Of a stretch of 24,000 bases of DNA, positions 1-7,806 are shown one piece after another. The stretch covers positions 103,500-127,499 of the forward strand of contig NZ_JAAWWK010000008.1 in NCBI RefSeq assembly GCF_012272835.1, read 5' to 3'. Each line of letters opens with the position of its first letter. Position 1 is the stretch's first letter. The translations under genes were made by a program, and so were the position numbers. The notes below the pieces were generated by a model, which was given only the letters and a program-made list of their open reading frames with translations, was not told where the DNA came from and did not search any database. This DNA comes from Spongiibacter thalassae (lineage in GTDB: Bacteria > Pseudomonadota > Gammaproteobacteria > Pseudomonadales > Spongiibacteraceae).

Positions 1-2
1 AA

Positions 3-182
3 TATCCCTGTGCTTCCTGCCATAACGCCAACGCCAGGCCGTTGAAGGCCCTGCCGCAGCGCTACTCATTGGCCGAACTGGCTGATTTCTTTGTCACACC
101 AACGCCGCCCATGCCGCAATACCCCCTGGACTCGGGTGAGCGCGAGGCGCTGGCCGTTTATCTGTTTAGTCTCGCCGAGTAG
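3..182 (+). CDS. 3' end of a c-type cytochrome gene (5' part lies outside the window)
   Basis: The frame is open from the window edge to TAG at 180-182. The translation YPCASCHNANARPLKALPQRYSLAELADFFVTPTPPMPQYPLDSGEREALAVYLFSLAE contains a CxxCH haem-c attachment motif (codons 9-23). It is absent from the ORF track because it has no start codon in the window. Confidence 0.5.
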   Translation, partial: YPCASCHNANARPLKALPQRYSLAELADFFVTPTPPMPQYPLDSGEREALAVYLFSLAE

Positions 183-387
183 CTGCGCCAAATCGGTGCG
201 CTGCGGGCTGTGTGGCTTGGTGGTGTGCACGTTGTTGGTGCTTGTTTGCAATTTACTTATTGTTTTTCAAGGATTTTTTGTCAATATTGGGTTCCTGCAT
301 AGCCCTCGTTACAGCCCTTCACTACAATAGCGGCAAATATTTTTGTCGCCGCGATTGCGGTGCCATACCCAGGCTGTAGGCATCATT

Positions 388-2088
388 ATGAAAAAGCAAA
401 AGCCCCTGTATATTTCCTATGCTGGTCCCACACTGCTGGAGACCCCGCTGCTGAATAAAGGCTCGGCCTTTACCGAAAAAGAGCGACGCAGTTTCAACCT
501 GATGGGTCTGCTACCCCCTCGCTACGAAAATATCGACGAACAGGCAGAACGCGCCTACATGCAATACCGCAGCTTTGACGAACCGATCAACAAGCATATT
601 TATCTGCGGGTCGTGCAGGACAACAATGAGACCCTGTTCTATCGCTTGCTGAACGACCACATCGACGAAATGCTGCCCATCATATACACCCCTACCGTGG
701 GTGAGGCCTGCGAGCATTTTTCCGATATCTACCGCAGTGCACGGGGGATCTTTGTCTCCTATGAAGAACGGGCCTATATGGACGATATTCTGCGCAGCGT
801 CACCAAAGACAACGTGAAAGTGCTGGTGGTGACCGATGGTGAGCGGGTGCTGGGGCTCGGTGACCAGGGCATCGGTGGCATGGGTATTCCCATCGGTAAA
901 CTGTCGCTGTATACCGCCTGTGGCGGCATTAGTCCGGCCTACACTTTGCCGGTGGTGCTCGACGTGGGCACCAATAACCGCAAGCTGCTCGACGACCCGA
1001 TGTACATGGGTATGCGCCATGAGCGTATCGGCAAACCCGACTACGACGACTTTGTTGATCAGTTCATCGATGCGGCCCAGGAGCGCTGGCCTGGGGTGTT
1101 AATCCAGTTCGAAGACTTTGCCCAACCCAACGCCATGCCAATACTGCAGCGTCACCGCGATCGGGTATGCTGCTTTAATGACGACATTCAGGGTACGGCA
1201 GCGGTCACTCTGGGCACTCTTTTGTCAGCCTGTAAAAACAAAGGCGTCGCATTGCGCGACCAAAAAGTGGTGTTTGTGGGGGCGGGGTCCGCCGGTTGCG
1301 GCATTGCTGAACAGATTATTCGAGCAATGGTTGACGAAGGGCTGAGTGATGAAGAGGCTCGCCGTCAGGTGTTTATGGTTGATCGATTTGGTCTGCTTAC
1401 CGAGGGTATGGAAAACCTCGTCGACTTTCAGCAGAAACTGGTACAGCCCGCAGCGGCCGCCGCCGATTGGCAGCGCATCGACGACACGGAATACCCAAGC
1501 CTGTTGGATGTGGTCAGCAATGTGGGGGCGGGTATTCTTATCGGTGTTTCCGGCAAACCGGGCTTGTTTACCGAAGAAGTGGTGAGAACCCTTCATCGCA
1601 GTTGCGCCAAGCCCATCATCTTGCCGCTGAGCAACCCCTCCAAACATGTCGAAGCGCGGCCAGAAGATATAATTGCCTGGACAGAGGGCGATGCGATTAT
1701 CGCCACCGGTAGCCCCTTTGCCCCTGTGGACTACAAAGGCAAACGCTATGAAATATCCCAATGTAATAACAGTTATATTTTTCCGGGTATTGGGCTGGGG
1801 GTGATTGCCGCCAAAGCCCGTCGCGTCAGCGATGAAATGTTGATGGCGGCGAGCCGTACCCTGGCGGAGCATTCGCCCATCGACAGCCAGCGACTCAATG
1901 CGGTGCTGCCGCCGCTGAAATTACTGCCGGAGCTCAGCAAGAAAATTGCCTTTGCTGTGGCCCGTGTTGCCCAGGAGCAGGGGCACGCCCGGGAAACAAC
2001 GGAAAAAGAGTTGCGCCAGGCCATAGAAAAGAACTTCTGGTTGCCGCAGTACCGGGAGTATCGCCGCACCGCCGCCCGCGCCCGCTGA
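388..2088 (+). CDS. maeA: NAD-dependent malic enzyme
   Basis: The 343-2088 ORF aligns by eye along its whole length with E. coli MaeA/SfcA ([79 protein letters not shown]). Starting at ATG 388 (MKKQKPLY) gives 566 aa, matching the family length. The 15 upstream codons are probably not translated. Confidence 0.95.
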   Translation: MKKQKPLYISYAGPTLLETPLLNKGSAFTEKERRSFNLMGLLPPRYENIDEQAERAYMQYRSFDEPINKHIYLRVVQDNNETLFYRLLNDHIDEMLPIIYTPTVGEACEHFSDIYRSARGIFVSYEERAYMDDILRSVTKDNVKVLVVTDGERVLGLGDQGIGGMGIPIGKLSLYTACGGISPAYTLPVVLDVGTNNRKLLDDPMYMGMRHERIGKPDYDDFVDQFIDAAQERWPGVLIQFEDFAQPNAMPILQRHRDRVCCFNDDIQGTAAVTLGTLLSACKNKGVALRDQKVVFVGAGSAGCGIAEQIIRAMVDEGLSDEEARRQVFMVDRFGLLTEGMENLVDFQQKLVQPAAAAADWQRIDDTEYPSLLDVVSNVGAGILIGVSGKPGLFTEEVVRTLHRSCAKPIILPLSNPSKHVEARPEDIIAWTEGDAIIATGSPFAPVDYKGKRYEISQCNNSYIFPGIGLGVIAAKARRVSDEMLMAASRTLAEHSPIDSQRLNAVLPPLKLLPELSKKIAFAVARVAQEQGHARETTEKELRQAIEKNFWLPQYREYRRTAARAR

Positions 2089-2176
2089 GCTGATCTCGTC
2101 GGTATGTGGTATTCCGCCATCGCGGGTGGCGGCATACCGTGGTGGACACCGAATAAGATCTACTTGAGGTGTCCCC

Positions 2177-3031
2177 ATGCACTTAGGCTTCACGTCCATG
2201 AATACGGCCAGCGACCCCGATCCGGCGGTGCTGGCCAAAGTGCTGGAACAGGCGGGCTTTGAATCCCTCTGGTTTGGCGAACACAGCCATATTCCCCGCT
2301 GTCGCACTACCCCCTACCCACCGGGAGGAGAGCTGCCCGGCCCCTATCGTCAAATGATGGACCCCTATATCTCGCTGATGGCCGCGGCGGCGGCAACGAC
2401 AACCCTGAAATTGGGCACCGGCATTGCGCTGCTAATGGAAAGGGAACTGATTTCCCAGGCCAAAACCATAGTCACTCTGGAGCGATTGTCGGGCAGTCGG
2501 CTGTTGATCGGCACGGGAGTGGGTTGGAATCGGGAGGAATTTGAGAACGTCTCAGATCTGCCCTGGCAGCGCCGATATAGCGCACTGCGGGAAACAGTGG
2601 CGGCGACTCGCACCCTGTTTCGTGAGGCCTCGGCGGAGTTTCACGGTGAATATATCAATTTTGATCCAGTCTGGTTTGAGCCCAAGCCGCTGGCGAAGGT
2701 GCCGGTGATTTTCGGGGCAATGGGGCCGGTGGGTATGCGTCATGCCGCCGAGTGGGCCGATGGTTGGATGCCGGTAGATGTCGCGCTGGGCGATGTAAAG
2801 GAAAGCATTGCCGGATTTCACCGCTTGCTTGAGGAGTTTGGTCGCCGGCCGGAGGATGTGGAAATCACCCTGGTCATCATGGGAGAACTCAGTGCCGATC
2901 TGCTTAAGTACTACCGCGATTGCGGTGTTAGCCGCTGCAATGTTGGCGTGAGCATGGAAAACTGGGAAAAGCCCGAGCTTATCATGCCGTTGATAGAAGA
3001 ATATTCAGCGGTGATTGAACAGCTGCGCTAG
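2177..3031 (+). CDS. Luciferase-like monooxygenase (LLM) family / F420-dependent-type oxidoreductase
   Basis: This is a 284-aa ORF whose ATG is preceded by GAGGTG. The N-terminus (FESLWFGEHSHIP) and the LLIGTGVGWNREEF segment are typical of LLM-class flavin/F420 oxidoreductases. This is a family-level call only. Confidence 0.8.
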   Translation: MHLGFTSMNTASDPDPAVLAKVLEQAGFESLWFGEHSHIPRCRTTPYPPGGELPGPYRQMMDPYISLMAAAAATTTLKLGTGIALLMERELISQAKTIVTLERLSGSRLLIGTGVGWNREEFENVSDLPWQRRYSALRETVAATRTLFREASAEFHGEYINFDPVWFEPKPLAKVPVIFGAMGPVGMRHAAEWADGWMPVDVALGDVKESIAGFHRLLEEFGRRPEDVEITLVIMGELSADLLKYYRDCGVSRCNVGVSMENWEKPELIMPLIEEYSAVIEQLR

Positions 3032-3070
3032 TGGTTGTTGGTATAAAACGGGCTGGCATTGCCAGGAACA

Positions 3071-3103
3071 AAAAAAGGCAAGCCGAGACGGCTTGCCTTT
3101 TTG
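3071..3103. terminator. Bidirectional rho-independent terminator between the convergent LLM gene and cspA
   Basis: The sequence is AAAAAAGGCAAGCC-gagac-GGCTTGCCTTTTT. It has a perfect 8-bp GC-rich stem (3077-3084 / 3090-3097), an A-run on the left and a T-run on the right. Confidence 0.75.
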
Positions 3104-3120
3104 CGGTATACCTCGGGCGA

Positions 3121-3330
3121 TTAGATCGCGACGATGTTTTCCGCCTGTGGGCCTTTTTGGCCCTGAGTAACATTGAACTCAACCAGCTGGCCTTCAGTCA
3201 GGGTTTTGAACCCGGAGCTGACAATGGCGCTGAAATGCGCAAAAACATCGGGGCCGGATTTTTGCTCAATAAAACCGAAGCCTTTAGATTCGTTGAACCA
3301 TTTTACTGTGCCAGTCGTTGCATTAGACAT
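3121..3330 (-). CDS. cspA: Cold-shock protein, CspA family
   Basis: The 69-aa product [36 protein letters not shown] carries the RNP1 (KGFGFI) and RNP2 (VFAHF) motifs. The paralogue cannot be assigned from sequence alone. Confidence 0.95.
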   Translation of the reverse strand: MSNATTGTVKWFNESKGFGFIEQKSGPDVFAHFSAIVSSGFKTLTEGQLVEFNVTQGQKGPQAENIVAI

Positions 3331-3482
3331 AAGAGAATATCCTGTAGATAAAGCATAAGAGTGCCTTCATGGGGCATGAATAGCGGGAAAAGGAGACTGA
3401 TATTTAGAAACTACAGGACGAAGAATAAAACGCGACGAAATGGAGAGTATAAAAATGAGGCTTAATTTCAAGCTGGAGCCAG

Positions 3483-3509
3483 AGTATAGGCCGCTGGGTG
3501 TGAAGTCAA
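3483..3509 (-). promoter_or_regulatory. Candidate sigma70 promoter for cspA with a long 5' UTR
   Basis: On the minus strand, TTGACT (3509-3504) and TATACT (3488-3483) are separated by a short 15-nt spacer. This would give a leader of about 150-160 nt, as is known for cspA-type genes. It rests on hexamer matches only. Confidence 0.3.
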
Positions 3510-3721
3510 TGTAAATCTCGTAATGGCGAGGAGCCTGGCGGCCTGCCAATGACTTCGCGGTCGCAGGCGGGGTTGAAAACGCAGAAAACCGTTTTTTTGA
3601 TTTGCGCTCGAGCCTGTAGAGCCTGTAAATAAAATAAAACGCTGTAAACCGCCTGTCCGTGATTGCCGTTGAGTTGAGCCTTTGGCAACTGTTCATTGGC
3701 CCAGGGGCGTTGGATAGTTTT

Positions 3722-4378
3722 TTACTTTTTTCCGGCGCTTTGTTGTATTGCCAGTGCGCCGCGAATAATCATCTTGACCATGGTGGTTGCTTCGTCGATA
3801 AGTTGGGCGCGGTCCTCCGGAGCCAGGCGGTCTGCCGAGGCGCCAAGGGAAAATACCAGCCGTGAAATCGCCTTTGCGACCAGTTCGGGTTTGTGCATTT
3901 GAACGCCGTCGCGCTCACCCCGTCGTACCAGCTCGTCACAAAGCTCTTGCTCGAAGTAGGTCAGTTCGCGCTCTACTGCCTGCCGAAAGGCCGCCGAACC
4001 CAGCGACATCTCGCGCAGCAGTATCTGCAGGTAGCGACTGTCGTCATCCAGGGCTTCCATAAACACTTCGATCGAAGTGCGTACGCCTCCCTGGGTGTCT
4101 TTCAAACGCTGCCTCGCCTCGCGAATCATGCCCCGCAGTCCTCGTCCCGCTTGATCTATCAGAGCAACCGCCAACTCGTCTACATCACGGAAATGCCGGT
4201 AAAAACTATTGGGTGCGATATCGGCTGCCCGCGCTATCTCCCTCAGGCTGAGGCTGGAAACACTGCGATTGCCGTCGAGAAGGCTCACGGCGGCCTGCAT
4301 CAACTCATGCTCTGTAATAGGGGCTTTACGGCTCGACTTGCTGCCATCGCCTTCTTTTCGTTTGCGCGTCAGGGGCAT
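3722..4378 (-). CDS. desT: TetR-family repressor of the FabR/DesT type
   Basis: [37 protein letters not shown] closely matches the E. coli FabR HTH region ([30 protein letters not shown]). The gene is divergent from an oxidoreductase plus desaturase pair, as in Pseudomonas desT-desCB. The start is placed at ATG 4378 (MPLTRKRK). The longer track ORF to 4495 reads through the operator repeats. Confidence 0.85.
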   Translation of the reverse strand: [218 protein letters not shown]

Positions 4379-4446
4379 GAATACGGGTATCCGGCTGGGA
4401 AATAAGAGGCAAACTACCTGAATGGAGGAGTGCTGTAAATACGTAT

Positions 4447-4486
4447 GTATATACAAGTGTATTGACGGTCGTATATACAAGTGTAT
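4447..4486. promoter_or_regulatory. Duplicated palindromic operator candidate in the desT / desC-like intergenic region, overlapping a candidate promoter
   Basis: GTATATACAAGTGTAT occurs twice (4447-4462 and 4471-4486, 24-bp period). Each copy contains the palindrome TATACA-AG-TGTAT(A). TTGACG (4462-4467) plus TATATA/TATAGT (4484-4491) form a plausible plus-strand promoter overlapped by the second copy. Confidence 0.5.
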
Positions 4487-4521
4487 ATAGTGCATCGAAA
4501 TCCCATCTATGGATACCTGCC

Positions 4522-5223
4522 ATGAGCAACGCGATGCCCGCAGACAGAAAGTATTTCCCGAGGCTGCTGAATGCAGTGGTCAACCCCGATCAGTTTGATT
4601 TCTGGGCCCGTCAGTTCGGCAGCGTGGCCGCCTGGCAGCGCTGCTTTGCACGTGTTGCTGCGGTGAAAAAGGAGGAGGGTGGTGTCGTGGTGACCCTGCG
4701 GCCCAATCGCCACTTTCGGGAGTTTGGCGATACCGGCCGCTGCGCTGTAAGCGTCGAAATTGATGGGCGGAAACGATCCGAGGCGTACGCGGCCGAGATC
4801 AAGCCAGATAGGCGAGAGCTTGATATCCGGGTTGTGGCAAATACAAACAATGCTGTCAGCCGATATTTACGGAATACCTTGAAAGTGGGTGATGTGGTTG
4901 AGCTTTCCGAGGGCGCTGCTACCGCGTCCGAACTTTGTCATGGTGAACAGGAGAATGCTGCTGACGATACCGCTGTGGTGATCTTGCGCGCCAGTGATCG
5001 ACGCGTGCGCATCCCACGAAATATTTCCATTCTTGAGGCCCTTGAAGCCGAGGGGATTACGCCTAAATTTGGCTGCCGTCGCGGAGTTTGTAATCGGTGC
5101 AGCTGCATCCGACTAGGCGGAACAACCGCAGATATTGCCTCGGGGTCGGAAAGCGATGTGTCGGGGCAGCCTGTTAGGATTTGCGTCAGTCACGCTGTGG
5201 GCGACATTGAACTCGATCTATAA
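4522..5223 (+). CDS. Ferredoxin-reductase-like beta-barrel plus plant-type 2Fe-2S ferredoxin domain protein (DesC-like partner of the desaturase)
   Basis: The C-terminus GCRRGVCNRCSC...RICVS shows the Cx4Cx2C...C pattern of 2Fe-2S ferredoxins. The gene lies immediately upstream of the desaturase. The start is placed at ATG 4522 because the track start at 4462 is a TTG inside the operator region. Confidence 0.75.
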   Translation: MSNAMPADRKYFPRLLNAVVNPDQFDFWARQFGSVAAWQRCFARVAAVKKEEGGVVVTLRPNRHFREFGDTGRCAVSVEIDGRKRSEAYAAEIKPDRRELDIRVVANTNNAVSRYLRNTLKVGDVVELSEGAATASELCHGEQENAADDTAVVILRASDRRVRIPRNISILEALEAEGITPKFGCRRGVCNRCSCIRLGGTTADIASGSESDVSGQPVRICVSHAVGDIELDL

Positions 5224-5263
5224 ATAATCCCGCTTGAATTCTATCCACCCAGAGAAATTTCCC

Positions 5264-6355
5264 ATGACCTCATTATCTAACAAGTCTCTTAATGCGCAAG
5301 AGCTGGCCGATTTCGGCGCTGAACTTGATGCGCTCAAGCTCAAACACCTGAATGAAGTGGGTGCTGTCGATGCCCGCTATATCAAACGCATCGTAGCCGC
5401 TGTGCGATATAGCGAAGCACTGGGGCGCGGCTTCCTGTTTCTCAGCTTTATTCCGCCCTTTTGGTTGTTGGGTACATTACTGCTGGCTCTGTCCAAAATT
5501 CTGGAGAATATGGAACTGGGCCATAACGTCATGCATGGCCAGTATGACTTTATGAACGAGCCTTCCCTGCGTGGCGAAAGCTATGAGTGGGACATTGTGG
5601 GGACCAGCGAAAACTGGCGCCATAGTCACAATTACCGCCACCATACCTACACGAATATCAAAGGTCTCGACGACGATGTGGGCTACGGCATGCTGCGTCT
5701 TTTTCCGGAGCAGCGTTGGTCGCCCCTATATATACCCCAGGCTTTATACGCCTTGCTGTTGGCATTGTTATTCCAGTGGGGCGTGGCCGTGCAGGAGCTT
5801 CAATTGGGTAAAGTCGTTAAAGGTCGCAAGTCCAGGGCTCAGCTGAAAGAGGAATTGAAGCCCATGTTAAAAAAGGTGAATCGACAGCTGTTGAAGGATT
5901 ATCTGATATTTCCGCTGTTATCCGGCCCACTGTTTTTCAGTGTGATGGCGGGTAATTTTGTCGCCAATATCCTGCGCAATCTGTGGACCTTCATGATTAT
6001 CTTCTGTGGTCATTTTACCGCCGACGCAGAAGTCTTTCCCAAGTCAGTGATAAAGGATGAACTGCCGGGGCATTGGTACCTGAGACAGTTGCGCGGCTCA
6101 TCGAATCTGACTGGCGGCAAGTGGTTTCACATCCTCTCCGGTAACCTGAGCCACCAAATTGAACACCACCTTTTTCCGACAGTACCGGCATGGCGATATG
6201 CGCAAATGAGCACAGAGGTTCAGGCCATCTGCGAGCGATACGGCCAGAACTACAACTCCGGCTCGCTGGTGAGTCAGTTTGGGCAGGTGGTGTGGCGTAT
6301 TCTTCGGCACGCCTTTCCCTCGTCTCCCGAAGGTGCTGTGCAGGTGGGTAGATAG
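5264..6355 (+). CDS. Membrane fatty-acid (acyl-CoA/acyl-lipid) desaturase, DesB-like
   Basis: Three histidine boxes are present: HNVMH, HSHNYRHH and HQIEHH. There are also hydrophobic segments. The ATG at 5264 is preferred over the TTG at 5234. Confidence 0.9.
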   Translation: MTSLSNKSLNAQELADFGAELDALKLKHLNEVGAVDARYIKRIVAAVRYSEALGRGFLFLSFIPPFWLLGTLLLALSKILENMELGHNVMHGQYDFMNEPSLRGESYEWDIVGTSENWRHSHNYRHHTYTNIKGLDDDVGYGMLRLFPEQRWSPLYIPQALYALLLALLFQWGVAVQELQLGKVVKGRKSRAQLKEELKPMLKKVNRQLLKDYLIFPLLSGPLFFSVMAGNFVANILRNLWTFMIIFCGHFTADAEVFPKSVIKDELPGHWYLRQLRGSSNLTGGKWFHILSGNLSHQIEHHLFPTVPAWRYAQMSTEVQAICERYGQNYNSGSLVSQFGQVVWRILRHAFPSSPEGAVQVGR

Positions 6356-6599
6356 CAGAAGTTCGTTTGGGCGCGGCGATGTTTGAATAAGTCGCGCATC
6401 GGGGTCTCTCCCAAAAGCAGAGTGGGCCTTGATTGCGCGGGCATCTTGGCTTGGTGACTCGCTATATTTTTGTAATGGCGTCTTCGGGGGCTGTGCATCT
6501 TGATGGAAATGTTCTTGTGGCGGGCGTAAAGTTTCAGAAGCACTGTGAAAAAACTAGAGAGGCAATGGCATAACCGAGGGCTTTCAAAACAAAATGGAA

Positions 6600-6632
6600 C
6601 CAAGCGGGCAATTTAATGGTGGATCGACAAGG
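6600..6632 (+). repeat. Left copy of an imperfect direct repeat bracketing the AT-rich island
   Basis: CCAAGCGGGCAATTTAATGGTGGATCGACAAGG aligns with 12061-12092 CCAAGCGGCCACTTTATGGGTGAATCGACAGG, with about 28 matches over about 34 aligned columns by hand. It also overlaps a hairpin, GGTGGATCGAC-aaggcgt-GTCGATTCACC (6619-6647). Confidence 0.5.
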
Positions 6633-6801
6633 CGTGTCGATTCACCCATTACATGACCAGGTATTTCACCCATAAGATGGCCAAAGGAGCGAATTTCAGG
6701 TCGCATTTTGGGCTATTTGTAACGGCATTTGACTTGTAAGTTGACCCTATAATGACCGGAGAATACGCAAGGCGGACGGTCACCGAGGAGAAATTCTACA
6801 G

Positions 6802-6871
6802 CCTCAACGCCGCGCTCTGCGGCAAATTTGAAGCGTAGCTGAGAATTTGTCCGACAGCAGCGCATTTATAT
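6802..6871 (-). repeat. attC-like site A (last in the array, 70 bp)
   Basis: The minus strand reads ATATAAA-T-GCGCTGCTGTCGG...CCGCAGAGCGC-GGC-GTTGAGG. The first arm has 2 extra bases relative to its partner. The site starts 4 nt after the TGA stop at 6878-6876. Its central core CGCTTCAAATTTGCC is shared with sites B and D. Confidence 0.6.
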
Positions 6872-6875
6872 GGTG

Positions 6876-7805
6876 TCAGTATTGGCACTCCCATCCTCTT
6901 ACCAGCCCTGTCTCATCAAATTCGACGAGCAATTCTTTCGACAAATTAGCTCTCCGTCTTGCCTCTCTCGATATCAAATCGAAATCATTAGAAGTTCTAA
7001 ATGCGCGAACACTACTTCCTCTATACTCTTTCCACTTATTATCAACAAACTTGATAGTTCTAAATTCAATATCGTTGGCGTTTAGCTTTACGCCATTCCT
7101 AACAAAGTCGTCATCATTTTCTAGTAGTTTATGAATTGCTTTTGAGAGTAACGCATCAAATGAAATTGCTATAGCGAACGCCTCTTTCACAAATTGTTTA
7201 ATATCTGTCGGCGGTGTATCTGCACCAGCAACATGGGCCGCCTTGTGCCTTCTCAGCGATGCGCTCTTAAATATTTCAGCCAACGATAATGTTGCAGTCA
7301 ACCCTAGATTAGATGAAATTTGGGACATTTGGCGCCACGGGTCTTCAACGTTAAAAGACTTCAGAATATCTCCTATTATTGTATTGCTTATATTGGCTTG
7401 AGAATGAGCAAATGTATGGCTAGACAATTCATAGTTTGGAGTTGCTGTGGAGGAAATTTTAAGAGCATGATCTTGAATATAAGCGGGCCTATCGTCTTTA
7501 TCCAACAGGCTCAACTGGTAATTCAATGCTGAAAGCACCTCGTACGTTGCCGCTCTTTGTAGTTTCTCTGGCAGCTCGGCAAATGCGATGGTACACCTGC
7601 TGACTTCTTCCATAGCTTCTGAAGATCGCTTTTTAATATAATCTTCTAAAGATGCAAAGCTCACTACCGCAAGTCCGTTTCTGAGCATTCTCGCAATTGA
7701 ATTATGCTCTCTCTCAGTTAATGCTCTGTTCTGAACAGCATCTGTTTCAATTGAAGCGTCAAGGCACCTGATACGCTCAATAAAATCTGTTTTTGCTGAG
7801 GGCAT
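6876..7805 (-). CDS. Protein with an Rx4-6H (HEPN-like) motif, putative RNase partner of the DUF262 protein
   Basis: The motif LRRHKAAH is at aa 191-198 of the track ORF (7233-7253, AGA AGG CAC AAG GCG GCC CAT on the minus strand). ATG 7805 is preceded by GAGG and lies 1 nt after the DUF262 stop (TGAtATG). The track alternative is TTG at 7826. The gene is AT-rich like the rest of the island. Confidence 0.8.
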   Translation of the reverse strand: MPSAKTDFIERIRCLDASIETDAVQNRALTEREHNSIARMLRNGLAVVSFASLEDYIKKRSSEAMEEVSRCTIAFAELPEKLQRAATYEVLSALNYQLSLLDKDDRPAYIQDHALKISSTATPNYELSSHTFAHSQANISNTIIGDILKSFNVEDPWRQMSQISSNLGLTATLSLAEIFKSASLRRHKAAHVAGADTPPTDIKQFVKEAFAIAISFDALLSKAIHKLLENDDDFVRNGVKLNANDIEFRTIKFVDNKWKEYRGSSVRAFRTSNDFDLISREARRRANLSKELLVEFDETGLVRGWECQY

Positions 7806-7806
7806 A

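Noticed and set aside
3367-3696. 109-aa and 60-aa minus-strand ORFs upstream of cspA
   Set aside because: The translation is low-complexity and no SD is present. The region is better explained as the long cspA 5' UTR and promoter plus the desT 3' flank.
6274-6603. 109-aa minus-strand ORF overlapping the 3' end of the desaturase gene
   Set aside because: It overlaps a well-supported gene in antisense, has no recognisable motifs, and has a composition typical of shadow frames.
6729-6838. Plus-strand TTGACT/TTGACC plus a perfect TATAAT (6748-6753), and a 28-codon ORF (6752-6838, MTGEYARRTVTEEKFYSLNAALCGKFEA) ending inside attC-like site A
   Set aside because: The -35/-10 spacing is wrong (13 nt, or adjacent). 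The ATG overlaps the -10 element and there is no SD. The ORF's 3' part is simply the conserved attC centre being translated. This is most likely a chance occurrence in AT-rich DNA.
6847-7134. Plus-strand ORFs 6847-7134 and 6870-7085, antisense to the HEPN-like gene
   Set aside because: Their translations are low-complexity and Ser/Leu-rich. They overlap the attC-like site and lie entirely within a longer, better-supported minus-strand gene.
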